Of a DNA stretch of 58,445 bases, positions 1 through 8,718 are shown piece by piece; the first letter of the stretch is position 1, and the number at the start of each line of letters is the position of its first letter. Source of the DNA: a virus (lineage: Duplodnaviria > Caudoviricetes); the IMG/VR virus record IMGVR_UViG_3300009159_005446, positions 1-58,445 of that record; one strand, written 5' to 3'. Both the position numbers and the translations under genes were made by a program. The notes beneath the pieces are model-generated. The model worked only from the letters and a program-made list of their open reading frames with translations, had not been told where the DNA came from and did not search any database.

Positions 1-1561
1 CAGTATCTTGCGGCTTTTTCTCGCCTCTAGCAGTAAGGTTGCTACGTTTCAGTTCTGGTTCGAGATCTCGAGTACTGGCTTTGACACTGGCAGTGTCATC
101 AACACTTGCTGGCGTAACTTCAACATCAGTATCGGTGTTGCCGCCACCATTATAAGCAAATGTCACACGACCATTTGTGCCAGTTGCGGCGTAAACCTTA
201 CTGGCGTCTAATCCCACGGTACCTTTAAAATCTGGAGGATACTTACTGGTAAATCCCGTGACAGCTAAGTTACCACCTTTGTCTGAACTGTTCAGGTGCA
301 ATTGGATGATAGGTGCAATGTTCAAAAACTTCAATGCCGCTTCGCCAAACTTGGGATCCTTGTTGATGTTGGTAACAACATGTCGTGCCAGGATAGCCAG
401 TGTATGATACCCGGCATTGTATCGCGGATTGGGTTTGGGCTTGTACTCACTCATTAACTTACTAATGGTGCCCATGGTAGTTGCATCCATTGGAACATCA
501 TTGATTGTTTGTGCATTGGAATCAATCATTTTGCGAATTGTGTCAGCAGTAGCTTGGTCAATTAATCCTTGGCGAATACCCAACACAAGAGGAAAGTCTT
601 TGGATGCAAGCTTCCCGACTTCTTCAATAACTTTGATTTGATCTGCATACTGATCAAGAAGTTTGTCCATGCCTTTTTCGCGAGCTCGGTTAACACCGTC
701 TGCAATATTTTTAATACTAGCAGTAGCACCATCCTCGCCCTTGCTGGAAATACCAATCTCAATGCCACTGGGGTGGTACAAGTAACTATCTACTAATCCG
801 TTAATTTTGCTAGCCGGGAAGTTGATAGCACTACCAGCATACTTGCCTGTTGGGCCAAGTATATCTTTACGTGCGGCTTCGGCACCTGCACCCATGTTCA
901 TACCTTGAACCAACGCAATAGGGCCAATTGTTTCGCCCAAGTCATCACGAACAGCACTGGCCATGTCGCCTACATTTTCAAACACAGGGAATTGTCCAGC
1001 TAATAGTTGCTCCATGCCTGGCATGATTTTGGGCACTGCTGTATTCTGTTTTGGATTTTTTGCTAATTCAGCAACACAGGCTTCGGGTGTGCTAAATGTC
1101 GAGTCTGGTGGAAAGATATCGCTGGGTTTGAGTTTATAATAACTGCCCTTGAGACTGGCAGTTTTGTTCAGTTGCCAGCCACCTGGAAGTTCACTGTTCT
1201 TCCAGAAGCCAGTCATGTCCTGTTTGATCTCGTTAAAGAACTTGCCAAAATAAGTTTTTTGTCCTTTAGCTGGGCCATCAAAGGTCAAAATAGCAAATGC
1301 CTTGCTGGCATTAGTGGGTTTGTTGAACCAGGAAATTTGTGGATACTTTTTAAACAGCTCTTGCCCCACAGCGGCCATTTCGTTGTAGTCGGCATAAGCA
1401 CCGGGCATGCTGGGATAATATTCAGCAGTGTCAAATGCTATCTCCGCAGTGGGGTTGTCTTTGGGACCTTGAAAAAAGTTGTCACCGGCACTGCGGTACA
1501 ATAGCCCGCGGCTTTTTTCCAGCAAGATTTGGTCTAATTTGTTAAGTATGTCACGAATCAT
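1..1561 (-). CDS. Large hypothetical protein (>520 aa, runs off window end); possible PD-(D/E)xK-like nuclease fold
   Basis: Not in the ORF track because no stop lies in the window. Manual translation from ATG 1561 (MIRDILNKLDQILLEKSRGLLYR...) stays in frame to position 1; contains GLVDSYLYHPSGIEIGISSKG (D...xSxK pattern). Confidence 0.75.
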   Translation of the reverse strand, partial: MIRDILNKLDQILLEKSRGLLYRSAGDNFFQGPKDNPTAEIAFDTAEYYPSMPGAYADYNEMAAVGQELFKKYPQISWFNKPTNASKAFAILTFDGPAKGQKTYFGKFFNEIKQDMTGFWKNSELPGGWQLNKTASLKGSYYKLKPSDIFPPDSTFSTPEACVAELAKNPKQNTAVPKIMPGMEQLLAGQFPVFENVGDMASAVRDDLGETIGPIALVQGMNMGAGAEAARKDILGPTGKYAGSAINFPASKINGLVDSYLYHPSGIEIGISSKGEDGATASIKNIADGVNRAREKGMDKLLDQYADQIKVIEEVGKLASKDFPLVLGIRQGLIDQATADTIRKMIDSNAQTINDVPMDATTMGTISKLMSEYKPKPNPRYNAGYHTLAILARHVVTNINKDPKFGEAALKFLNIAPIIQLHLNSSDKGGNLAVTGFTSKYPPDFKGTVGLDASKVYAATGTNGRVTFAYNGGGNTDTDVEVTPASVDDTASVKASTRDLEPELKRSNLTARGEKKPQDT

Positions 1562-1563
1562 AG

Positions 1564-1592
1564 TTGATTTTGTTCTAAATATATGTTATACT
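1564..1592 (+). promoter_or_regulatory. Sigma70-type promoter of clpP
   Basis: TTGATT-17-TATACT, followed by CAGGAG RBS. Confidence 0.55.
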
Positions 1593-1625
1593 TATCTGTA
1601 ACACTTATATTACTCAGGAGAATAC

Positions 1626-2219
1626 ATGCCCAATTTAGTCCCCATCGTACTTGAACAAACCTCCAAAGGTGAACGCAGTTACGACATTTACAGTCGCTTG
1701 CTCAAGGATCGTATCATCATGCTTGATACTGAGGTTAGTGAGCATTCAGCCAGTTTGATTGTGGCGCAGATGTTGTTCCTGGAAAGCGATGAGCCCAACA
1801 AAGACATCAGCTTTTACATCAACTCACCGGGTGGTAGCGTAACAGCTGGCATGAGCATATATGATACCATGCAGTTTATCAAGTGCGATGTGCATACCAT
1901 TGTGATGGGGCAGGCCTGTAGCATGGGGTCATTGTTGGCCACTGCTGGTGCACCGGGCAAGCGTTATATTTTGCCCTATGCACGACACATGATTCACCAG
2001 CCCTCAGGTGGTGCACGTGGACAAGCTACGGATATTCAAATCCAGGCCAGGGAAATTCAAAAGATGAAACAGTATCTAACTGAAATCTATGTGAAACATA
2101 ATTCTGCTGGCAAAACCTACGAAGACTTTGCCGCAGACATGGAACGTGACTTCTTTATGAGTGCACAAGAAGCAGTGGACTACGGCTTAGCAGATAAAAT
2201 AATCACCAAGCGTGATTAA
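1626..2219 (+). CDS. clpP: ATP-dependent Clp protease proteolytic subunit
   Basis: [30 protein letters not shown] (catalytic Ser), [13 protein letters not shown]. Confidence 0.97.
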   Translation: MPNLVPIVLEQTSKGERSYDIYSRLLKDRIIMLDTEVSEHSASLIVAQMLFLESDEPNKDISFYINSPGGSVTAGMSIYDTMQFIKCDVHTIVMGQACSMGSLLATAGAPGKRYILPYARHMIHQPSGGARGQATDIQIQAREIQKMKQYLTEIYVKHNSAGKTYEDFAADMERDFFMSAQEAVDYGLADKIITKRD

Positions 2220-2317
2220 AACCAACCTGTAAACTCGCTGTCAAGGTCAATGGGATGAACGTCCCAACCTTGTGTTTTCCAACGTAGTAGCGTCCATAAA
2301 ATATCTAGGTATGTCAT
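2216..2317 (-). CDS. Micro-protein, 33 aa ([33 protein letters not shown])
   Basis: Manual translation; ATGA overlap with upstream micro-ORF, AGGAG upstream. Confidence 0.6.
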   Translation of the reverse strand: MTYLDILWTLLRWKTQGWDVHPIDLDSEFTGWF

Positions 2318-2397
2318 TTATCGAACTCCTGAAACATGTACACAAGAATTATTGTGCCAAACACAATAATCTGAATTGCTACTAATTCTATAGCCAT
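2314..2397 (-). CDS. Micro membrane peptide, 27 aa ([27 protein letters not shown])
   Basis: Manual translation; single hydrophobic helix; coupled to neighbours. Confidence 0.55.
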   Translation of the reverse strand: MAIELVAIQIIVFGTIILVYMFQEFDK

Positions 2398-2399
2398 GA

Positions 2400-2504
2400 T
2401 TACTTCCAATAGTGGTATTTGCTTGCAGAGCTTTGGCGATAATTGTGAATCATTTCAGCCCAGTCAATTAAGCCTTGGTAAATTGTGTTGATGATATTTT
2501 TCAT
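2400..2504 (-). CDS. Micro-protein, 34 aa (MKNIINTIYQGLIDWAEMIHNYRQSSASKYHYWK)
   Basis: Manual translation; AAGGA RBS, ATGA overlap with upstream ORF. Confidence 0.6.
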   Translation of the reverse strand: MKNIINTIYQGLIDWAEMIHNYRQSSASKYHYWK

Positions 2505-2677
2505 AGATAAGTTTCCTTTTGAGAATTAAATTGCTTGATGTAATTTTCAAGCTGTGCGGCATCGGTAATGCCTTTGTTGCTTAGATATGCATCCAAGCGG
2601 CTTTGATAGCTGGACCCTGGGAACATTTCTGCCAAACGTTCCAGGATCTCTAGCATGAAATTTGATAAAGTTTTCAT
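2501..2677 (-). CDS. Small protein, 58 aa, DUF3563-like
   Basis: Manual translation MKTLSNFMLEILERLAEMFPGSSYQSRLDAYLSNKGITDAAQLENYIKQFNSQKETYL; AAGGA RBS; family call from recalled motif pattern. Confidence 0.6.
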   Translation of the reverse strand: MKTLSNFMLEILERLAEMFPGSSYQSRLDAYLSNKGITDAAQLENYIKQFNSQKETYL

Positions 2678-2707
2678 TGTGTGGATTCCTTTTGTGGTAG
2701 CAACTCG

Positions 2708-2761
2708 TGGTTTCTACTAAGGTATTTATGTTGCGATGCAATATCACTCATGGTTTCTACT
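2708..2761 (-). promoter_or_regulatory. Regulatory region: TAAATA box, palindrome ATGTTGCgatGCAATAT, flanking direct repeat TGGTTTCTACT
   Basis: Repeat at 2708-2718 and 2751-2761; palindrome 2728-2744; TAAATA on minus strand at 2723-2728. Confidence 0.5.
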
Positions 2762-2778
2762 GATATTAATGCCGCCAA

Positions 2779-2802
2779 AGAAAACCGGGCTCAGGGCCCG
2801 GT
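2779..2802 (-). terminator. Intrinsic terminator after the DUF4337 gene
   Basis: ACCGGGC-cctga-GCCCGGT followed by TTTCTTT on minus strand. Confidence 0.65.
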
Positions 2803-2820
2803 ATGTAGAAGTGTGTTATT

Positions 2821-3363
2821 TTATATTGGTAACCACAGCCAAATTGCTTGAGTCATTAGCAAGATGGCAAAACTGCCAACTCCTATGCTGGCTCTTAACA
2901 GCACATCTTTAACTGCTAGAATACTTGCAGTCAGCAACACAATGGCAATCTGCAACAACGAGCCAGCATAAGTGTACCAAGGACTACGTTGTTTGGCCAC
3001 AGTGCGTTCTTCTTCTAGACCACGAGCTTTGGCCATGAGTTCTTTTTTGCCCTCGCCTGTGGCAGGATCACTTTCGTAGCGATCAATCTTGGCCTGCAAT
3101 GCTTGTTGCTTGGGTTGGTCCTTGGCACGAACAGCATCATCTAGTGCCATTTCAGCCAGGGTTTGCTTGATTGATTTGGCTTGATAAAAAGCCCAGGTAT
3201 TATTGGCATCAATGGTGTTGTTTAGTACTTTGCCCGAGTTGCCACCAGCTAGATAGGTGTTGATTGCCAGCAACGCCGCAAACACAACAATAACCCATCC
3301 AGCTTTGTCTTTGATCAAGGCTTCACGTTCAGAGCGTGATAGCGGTTTCTTTTCTTCTGCCAT
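2821..3363 (-). CDS. DUF4337-like membrane protein
   Basis: TM helix, WAFYQAKSIKQ motif, coiled coil, LLQIAIVLLTASIL plus C-terminal TMs. Confidence 0.8.
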   Translation of the reverse strand: MAEEKKPLSRSEREALIKDKAGWVIVVFAALLAINTYLAGGNSGKVLNNTIDANNTWAFYQAKSIKQTLAEMALDDAVRAKDQPKQQALQAKIDRYESDPATGEGKKELMAKARGLEEERTVAKQRSPWYTYAGSLLQIAIVLLTASILAVKDVLLRASIGVGSFAILLMTQAIWLWLPI

Positions 3364-3437
3364 GTGATTGTTCCTTACAATTTTAATACAATGTATTTAA
3401 CAGCTCAAATACGTTTGCTGCCATTGAAATATACTAT

Positions 3438-3445
3438 TATAAATA
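3438..3445 (+). promoter_or_regulatory. T4-type late promoter
   Basis: Exact TATAAATA 33 nt upstream of the binding-protein ATG. Confidence 0.5.
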
Positions 3446-3478
3446 GATATACATTAAAAACTATTTATGGGACAAATT

Positions 3479-4297
3479 ATGAAAAAACTACTTGCTTTAT
3501 TACTGGTGATGTTTGCATCAGTTGTGTATGCACAACTGCCAACATCCACAGTCCCACTACCCGCAGATATTGCCGCAATCAAGAAAGCCAACGTTCTTGT
3601 TGTAGCAATGACCAAAAAGGATAGTCCTCCTTTCTTCTCCGGAGAAGGTGATGACATTCACGGTCTTGACGTCGAAATCGCGCGACGAATTGGTGTCCTA
3701 CTAGGAGTGCCAGTACAATTTAGACGCGATGCTGAAAGTTTTGCTGAAGTTGTAGAACAGGTTAGAGACGGCAAGGCAGACGTAGCAGTTAGTAAATTAT
3801 CCGTAACTGGCCCACGACTACAAGTTGTTAGATTTAGTGATCCTTATATTAAACTAAGACAGAGTTTGGTTATTAATCGACTATGGCTAAGTCAAAACTC
3901 ACAAGGTCGCGAAGTGTATCAAGTGATCAGAGAATTCAATGGCAAAATAAGTTTCATCCGTAACTCAAGCTATGACACCTTGACTCGTGTTAACTTTCCT
4001 AAGGCAATATTTGTTCTTGAATACAAATGGGATGTGATTATTGACCGTGTCACACATGGGGACATTGCTGCCGCTTATCGTGATGAATTTGAAATCAAGA
4101 AGATTAGCTTTGAAAAACCTGACGCCGCGATTAGCACCAAGACAATTACAATCTCCGACAGTGTGGACAACATTGCTGTAGCAGTGAATCCCAAGTCGAT
4201 TCAACTGTTGAGCATTATTAATTACGTTATTAAAAACGAATACAACAACATTGACACCAAAAAGTTAATGGACCGATACAAAGCCGAAAAGAAATAA
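3479..4297 (+). CDS. Periplasmic amino-acid substrate-binding protein (PBPb/SBP_bac_3)
   Basis: Signal peptide MKKLLALLLVMFASVVYA; PPFF, GLDVEIARRIG, GKADVAVS, R.QVVRFSDPY. Confidence 0.88.
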   Translation: MKKLLALLLVMFASVVYAQLPTSTVPLPADIAAIKKANVLVVAMTKKDSPPFFSGEGDDIHGLDVEIARRIGVLLGVPVQFRRDAESFAEVVEQVRDGKADVAVSKLSVTGPRLQVVRFSDPYIKLRQSLVINRLWLSQNSQGREVYQVIREFNGKISFIRNSSYDTLTRVNFPKAIFVLEYKWDVIIDRVTHGDIAAAYRDEFEIKKISFEKPDAAISTKTITISDSVDNIAVAVNPKSIQLLSIINYVIKNEYNNIDTKKLMDRYKAEKK

Positions 4298-4306
4298 GGA
4301 CTCACC

Positions 4307-5584
4307 ATGACAACAGCACATTTAAAAACATTTTTAACAAGCCCGTGGACCATACTTGGTTCAATTGTTGTGGGTATCCTAGCCGGGGTGTACGCACCAG
4401 AGTTCAGTGTGAACTTTGAAAGTCTTGGCAGCATTTATATCAGCTTGCTCAAGGTAGTTGTGTTACCATTCTTGTTGGCCACTATCCTTGTGGGTATTAT
4501 TGGCCTGCTACAAAAAGAAGGTAGTCAAACACTAATCCGTAAAATCATTATTGGTTTTGTATCTAGTATGTTCTTGGCCGCTGTAATAGGTGTAGGCACA
4601 GTTGTTGTTACTGGATCAGAAATGACCCCTGAAAAGAAAACGCAACTAGGCGTTCTGGTTAACGATAAAGATAGTGGTACAGATCTAAACATTACACTTA
4701 AAGAACCAATGCCAACAGCACCGGCTGTTAACGCAGGCAAGATGGCAGAGAAGTTTATTCCAGAAAACATTTTCAACACACTAAACAATGGTGAGAGCTT
4801 GAAGATTGTTATCTTTTGTTTGATCTTTGGTGTTGCTCTTGGGCATCTAAAAACTGAAGGACAAAAAATGTTGGTTGAAGTACTGAAAAGTATTCAACAA
4901 GCCAGTATCAGCATTTTCAAGTTCCTAAACTATTTCTTGCCAATCGCATTGTTGGCCATGATTTCAGCACAAGTGGGTAAAGTTGGAGTGGGCATTTTTA
5001 TGACCATGTTTGACTTTGTGATGCAACAGTTTATTGGCGGCGTACTAGTTGTTGTGGCAGGCACAGCAATGATCTGGTGGAGATCAGGATTAAGTCTTGC
5101 TACTGTAATTCGTGAAACCAAAGAAACGCTAATTGTTGCTGTTAGTTCACGTAGTTCATTAGCTTGTATTCCATACGCACAAGAAGCATTACACAAACTA
5201 CACTTTGACAAGGGCGGTGTTGAACTAACAGTTCCACTAAGCTTCACTGTTAACAGAATTGGTAGTATTGTTTACTACGCTATTGCCACAGTATTCATTG
5301 CCAACATCTATGATGCACCATTGGGCTTTACTGGGTTGTTGGTTGTGTTGTTAGGTAGTATTCTTGCTGGTTTAGCATCAGCAGGTACAACAGGTATTCT
5401 TACAGTTGCCACAGTAGCAGTTGTCTGTGACTTGTTGAAACTGCCAAGCGAAGCTGTGTTGGTGCTGTTGATTGCGGTTGATCCGCTCATGGACATGATT
5501 CGCACAGCAAGTCATGTACACGGCAACGTGGCAGTCACAGCATTTGTGTGTGACAAAGAGGTAGCTACCGGTGGATCAGCTTAA
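4307..5584 (+). CDS. Dicarboxylate/amino acid:cation symporter (DAACS/SDF, GltP-like)
   Basis: Multi-TM; YISLLKVVVLP, IPENIF, SSRSSLACIP (HP1), PLSFTVNRIG, DPLMDMIRT. Confidence 0.9.
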   Translation: MTTAHLKTFLTSPWTILGSIVVGILAGVYAPEFSVNFESLGSIYISLLKVVVLPFLLATILVGIIGLLQKEGSQTLIRKIIIGFVSSMFLAAVIGVGTVVVTGSEMTPEKKTQLGVLVNDKDSGTDLNITLKEPMPTAPAVNAGKMAEKFIPENIFNTLNNGESLKIVIFCLIFGVALGHLKTEGQKMLVEVLKSIQQASISIFKFLNYFLPIALLAMISAQVGKVGVGIFMTMFDFVMQQFIGGVLVVVAGTAMIWWRSGLSLATVIRETKETLIVAVSSRSSLACIPYAQEALHKLHFDKGGVELTVPLSFTVNRIGSIVYYAIATVFIANIYDAPLGFTGLLVVLLGSILAGLASAGTTGILTVATVAVVCDLLKLPSEAVLVLLIAVDPLMDMIRTASHVHGNVAVTAFVCDKEVATGGSA

Positions 5585-6173
5585 GGCCACACTCATAAGC
5601 TTGTTGGACTGGATTGGATCCAGTCCTTTTCGCTTGTTTGCAGTTGTGCTACTTTGTGTCTTGGGCTTTGGCGGCTGGATCATTTACACAGAAAAAGATG
5701 CATTTTTGGCAACTTATCGTGCTCAACAGGCTTTGCCCAAGATGAATGGTCGGTACGAAGAAGCTTATAATTTCTTGCTGAAAAATACCGACGTAGAACT
5801 TGTTTCTATCATGGAAGTCAACACCTTGGTAAACACAAGAAAAATTGCGTTTTTGGCCACACGCAATGGTGGAAGAAATAAACAATATGATGGGCTAGAT
5901 GTTGGCTTGTTTAGCAAGAACTACGACAACAACAATGATGTGATTGGTTTGATGTCTGGTAAGATACCATGCGGCCCCTATCTCAAACCACAAAGCCTTA
6001 TTGGATTTGCTTACAGGGAAAACGGTGTTAGTTATATGTGCCGTATTAGCGTGCCAGCTGAGCCCGGTGTGTTTATTGGGCAGATCAGTATAGGTTGGAA
6101 AGAGCAACCCACTGACGTAGAAGCCGCACAAACAGCCTTGATCATTGCGTCAATGTTGCTGTTCAAAAAATAA
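5571..6173 (+). CDS. Single-TM protein with periplasmic GAF-like domain; resembles T4 holin T
   Basis: Amphipathic N-terminus, one TM, C-terminal YMCRISVP..GVFIGQISIGW..helix pattern parallels recalled T4 gpT architecture. Confidence 0.5.
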   Translation: MDQLKATLISLLDWIGSSPFRLFAVVLLCVLGFGGWIIYTEKDAFLATYRAQQALPKMNGRYEEAYNFLLKNTDVELVSIMEVNTLVNTRKIAFLATRNGGRNKQYDGLDVGLFSKNYDNNNDVIGLMSGKIPCGPYLKPQSLIGFAYRENGVSYMCRISVPAEPGVFIGQISIGWKEQPTDVEAAQTALIIASMLLFKK

Positions 6174-6196
6174 ATAACAGTAATAAGGAAAATATC

Positions 6197-6520
6197 ATGT
6201 CATTACCACTTGCAGTAACAATAGGATCAGGATGGGAAATAGGTCCTGGGTGGGCATTAGGCGTTGGCCCGTATTACGGACAAACAACAAACCCAAGTGT
6301 TCAAAACGTTGCAGGAACCAATGATGCCATTGGGTTCTTTTTTGTTGGATCTTGGTCAAGTTTAACCGGTGTGCCAAATCTAAACAATGTTGCCGCAGGC
6401 TGGACCGTGGATCAGATTCCTGGAGCCACAGTGGTCAGTACTGACGCTCCTTCTCAAACAATTACTATAACAGGCGGTGTGTTTGTGAGCGGTGCCTTTT
6501 ACACATTTACAGGAATATAA
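6197..6520 (+). CDS. Small beta-rich putative virion/adhesin protein
   Basis: TAAATA at 6171 and AAGGA RBS; N-terminal IGSGWEIGPGW motif shared with next gene. Confidence 0.65.
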   Translation: MSLPLAVTIGSGWEIGPGWALGVGPYYGQTTNPSVQNVAGTNDAIGFFFVGSWSSLTGVPNLNNVAAGWTVDQIPGATVVSTDAPSQTITITGGVFVSGAFYTFTGI

Positions 6521-6524
6521 TATT

Positions 6525-7241
6525 ATGACAGTATCAATAGGATCAGGATGGAGCATAGGACCCGGATGGGAACTAGGTACAGGGACAGTATCAGCTGTAA
6601 ACGGTAGTATATTGCTTGACGGCACAAATTATCTCACCGTGCCCAATAACACAGCGTTTGATCAAAACAGTGGCGCTTGGACTGTGGAATCTTTTGTGTA
6701 CCCAACTGCTAACATCGAAGAGTACATCTACATGCAAAACAGTGTGGGATTCTTGGGCATAGCCTACTACTATGGTAACTTTCGTGTGGACCAAAGAGGT
6801 ACTTACCGAATAAGCTCTCCATCTACTTACGCATTGAATAATTGGTATCATGTGGCCATGACTTACGATGGAGCAGGCACTGTGACTTTATGGGTTAACG
6901 GAGTATCAGTGGGTACCTGGGCCAGCAGTGGGTTGGTTGCTTCGACTCTCACAACTCAAATAGGGTGTGCTGTAACGGGCTTTAACCCTTTTATCGGTAA
7001 CATATCAAATATGCGTGTGGTCAAAGGTGTGGCTGTGTATACCGGCGCATTCACACCGCCCACAGCACCACTTGCAACTACACAAGGTTCGGGAACTAAT
7101 ATTTCAGCCATTACAGGTACACAAACACAATTGTTGTTGAATACGTATCAGGGTGCGGGATTCTTAACAGATGCATCAACCAATAACTTTACAGTTACAA
7201 ACAACGGTAGTGCCACCAGTGCCGCATTGAATCCATTCTAA
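6525..7241 (+). CDS. LamG/concanavalin A-like lectin domain protein (tail-fibre associated)
   Basis: WTVESFVYP, NNWYHVAMT, LWVNGV, FIGNISNMRVVKGVAVYTGAFTPPT. Confidence 0.85.
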   Translation: MTVSIGSGWSIGPGWELGTGTVSAVNGSILLDGTNYLTVPNNTAFDQNSGAWTVESFVYPTANIEEYIYMQNSVGFLGIAYYYGNFRVDQRGTYRISSPSTYALNNWYHVAMTYDGAGTVTLWVNGVSVGTWASSGLVASTLTTQIGCAVTGFNPFIGNISNMRVVKGVAVYTGAFTPPTAPLATTQGSGTNISAITGTQTQLLLNTYQGAGFLTDASTNNFTVTNNGSATSAALNPF

Positions 7242-7243
7242 AA

Positions 7244-7924
7244 ATGACACGTCTAGGAATCCTCGGTGGCATGGGACCAGCGGCCAGCGCCGAGTTTATC
7301 ACAAGACTAATCAAACAAACCCCTGCCACTTGCGATCAAGAACACATGCCTTTTGTGTTGTGGAATGAACCACGCATCCCTGATCGCAGTATCTCCATGC
7401 AATCAGGCAACGATGATCCTTTACCTTGGCTAGAGGACGGCATTCGTGGATTAAAAAACGCAGGGTGTGATCGCATTGTGATACCTTGCAACTCGGCACA
7501 CTTCTGGTACGACGAACTGTGCAAGCTGGGTGTACCCATCATACACATTGTGGACAGCATAGCTACAGAATTGCGTGACCTAGGTCTTGAAAAAGAAACT
7601 ATTGGTGTCATGGGTACCCAGGGTACAATAGAACATGGGATATATCAGTACAGACTAGAACGACAAGGCTGGAATTGTATTGTACCAGATCGTGCAGAAA
7701 TGGATTTCTTTGTACAGCCCGCAATTGATTTGATCAAGGCCGGCAAGATTACAGAATCTCGGGTGTTGCTCATGAAAGTAATTCACAGCCTAATAGATCG
7801 TGGAGCAAAGGCAATAGTACTGGGTTGTACTGAATTGCCTTTGAGTATTGGAATTGCCACGGTAGAACACGTGCCTGTTGTCAACAGCATAGACAGCCTG
7901 GTGCAGGCTGTGCTCAAAAAGTAA
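7244..7924 (+). CDS. Aspartate/glutamate racemase family (RacX/YgeA-like)
   Basis: GILGGMGPAAS, IPCNSAH and LGCTELP two-cysteine motifs. Confidence 0.92.
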   Translation: MTRLGILGGMGPAASAEFITRLIKQTPATCDQEHMPFVLWNEPRIPDRSISMQSGNDDPLPWLEDGIRGLKNAGCDRIVIPCNSAHFWYDELCKLGVPIIHIVDSIATELRDLGLEKETIGVMGTQGTIEHGIYQYRLERQGWNCIVPDRAEMDFFVQPAIDLIKAGKITESRVLLMKVIHSLIDRGAKAIVLGCTELPLSIGIATVEHVPVVNSIDSLVQAVLKK

Positions 7925-8512
7925 TCACTTGTTGGCCAAGGGATTGTCAATGGCTTTTTGTATCTTGCTATCAACTTCTTTCTTTAATTGAACAACTTCT
8001 CGTTCAATCTCTCTACGTGCATCGGCCATTTCTCTACGAATAGTGTTGGCTTCGTTACGTGCTTTTTCTAAATCTTCACGTACTGCCTTGCGCATGTCAC
8101 GCATCTCTGCTTCAGTTTCACGTTGTGCAGTTTTGACACTGCGTTCTACTTGTTCAGTAACTGATTCGTTGCGACGCAAATCATTCTTTAGGTCAGTTTT
8201 AATGTCCCGAGTGTAGTCTGAAGTCTTAGCCGAGTTCTCCTCAATCACAGCTAGACGTTTGTCAAAGCCACTCAGGTCCGGCGCTGTATACTCAGCAATC
8301 TTTTTCTTCATACCCATGTAGTCTTTGTACACTTCAAATGTGCCATACAGCCCACCCAGCGTAGAGCTCACAATGGTAAATGCCACCATGAGTTTGGCTG
8401 GTGTAAATTCGTAACCACCAATGGAGATTACCGTGTCTTTACTAGCATACTTCTTTGCGGCTGCTTCTAGTTCATCAACCTTGGCGTTGACGTCTTTGAT
8501 TTCTTCTGTCAT
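7925..8512 (-). CDS. TM-anchored coiled-coil protein
   Basis: One TM then long heptad-rich region ending IDNPLANK. Confidence 0.75.
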   Translation of the reverse strand: MTEEIKDVNAKVDELEAAAKKYASKDTVISIGGYEFTPAKLMVAFTIVSSTLGGLYGTFEVYKDYMGMKKKIAEYTAPDLSGFDKRLAVIEENSAKTSDYTRDIKTDLKNDLRRNESVTEQVERSVKTAQRETEAEMRDMRKAVREDLEKARNEANTIRREMADARREIEREVVQLKKEVDSKIQKAIDNPLANK

Positions 8513-8717
8513 TTTTTTCTCCTAATTTTTCTTCCCAACCAGCTGGCCATTTTGAATTGTTTGCTTTTTGGTCAGCTAACATTTTAGCCCATTCTTTTCG
8601 TACAGCAAGATCATGCTTCATACGTTCTAACACAGCTTGTGAATTATCGCTGTAAAAGATGTAATAAAACGCCATCCCAATACCAAGTCCTAACATAAAA
8701 TAAGAAATGTAGTTCAT
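8475..8717 (-). CDS. Small membrane protein
   Basis: GGAG RBS, N-terminal TM, in operon. Confidence 0.6.
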   Translation of the reverse strand: MNYISYFMLGLGIGMAFYYIFYSDNSQAVLERMKHDLAVRKEWAKMLADQKANNSKWPAGWEEKLGEKNDRRNQRRQRQG

Positions 8718-8718
8718 G

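Noticed and set aside
8-1504. Several short ORFs listed in the track
   Set aside because: They are antisense or off-frame shadows of the long minus-strand ORF at 1-1561.
2547-2747. 66-aa minus-strand ORF in the track
   Set aside because: Starts within the regulatory palindrome without an RBS; the overlapping frame 2501-2677 has an RBS and is coupled to downstream ORFs.
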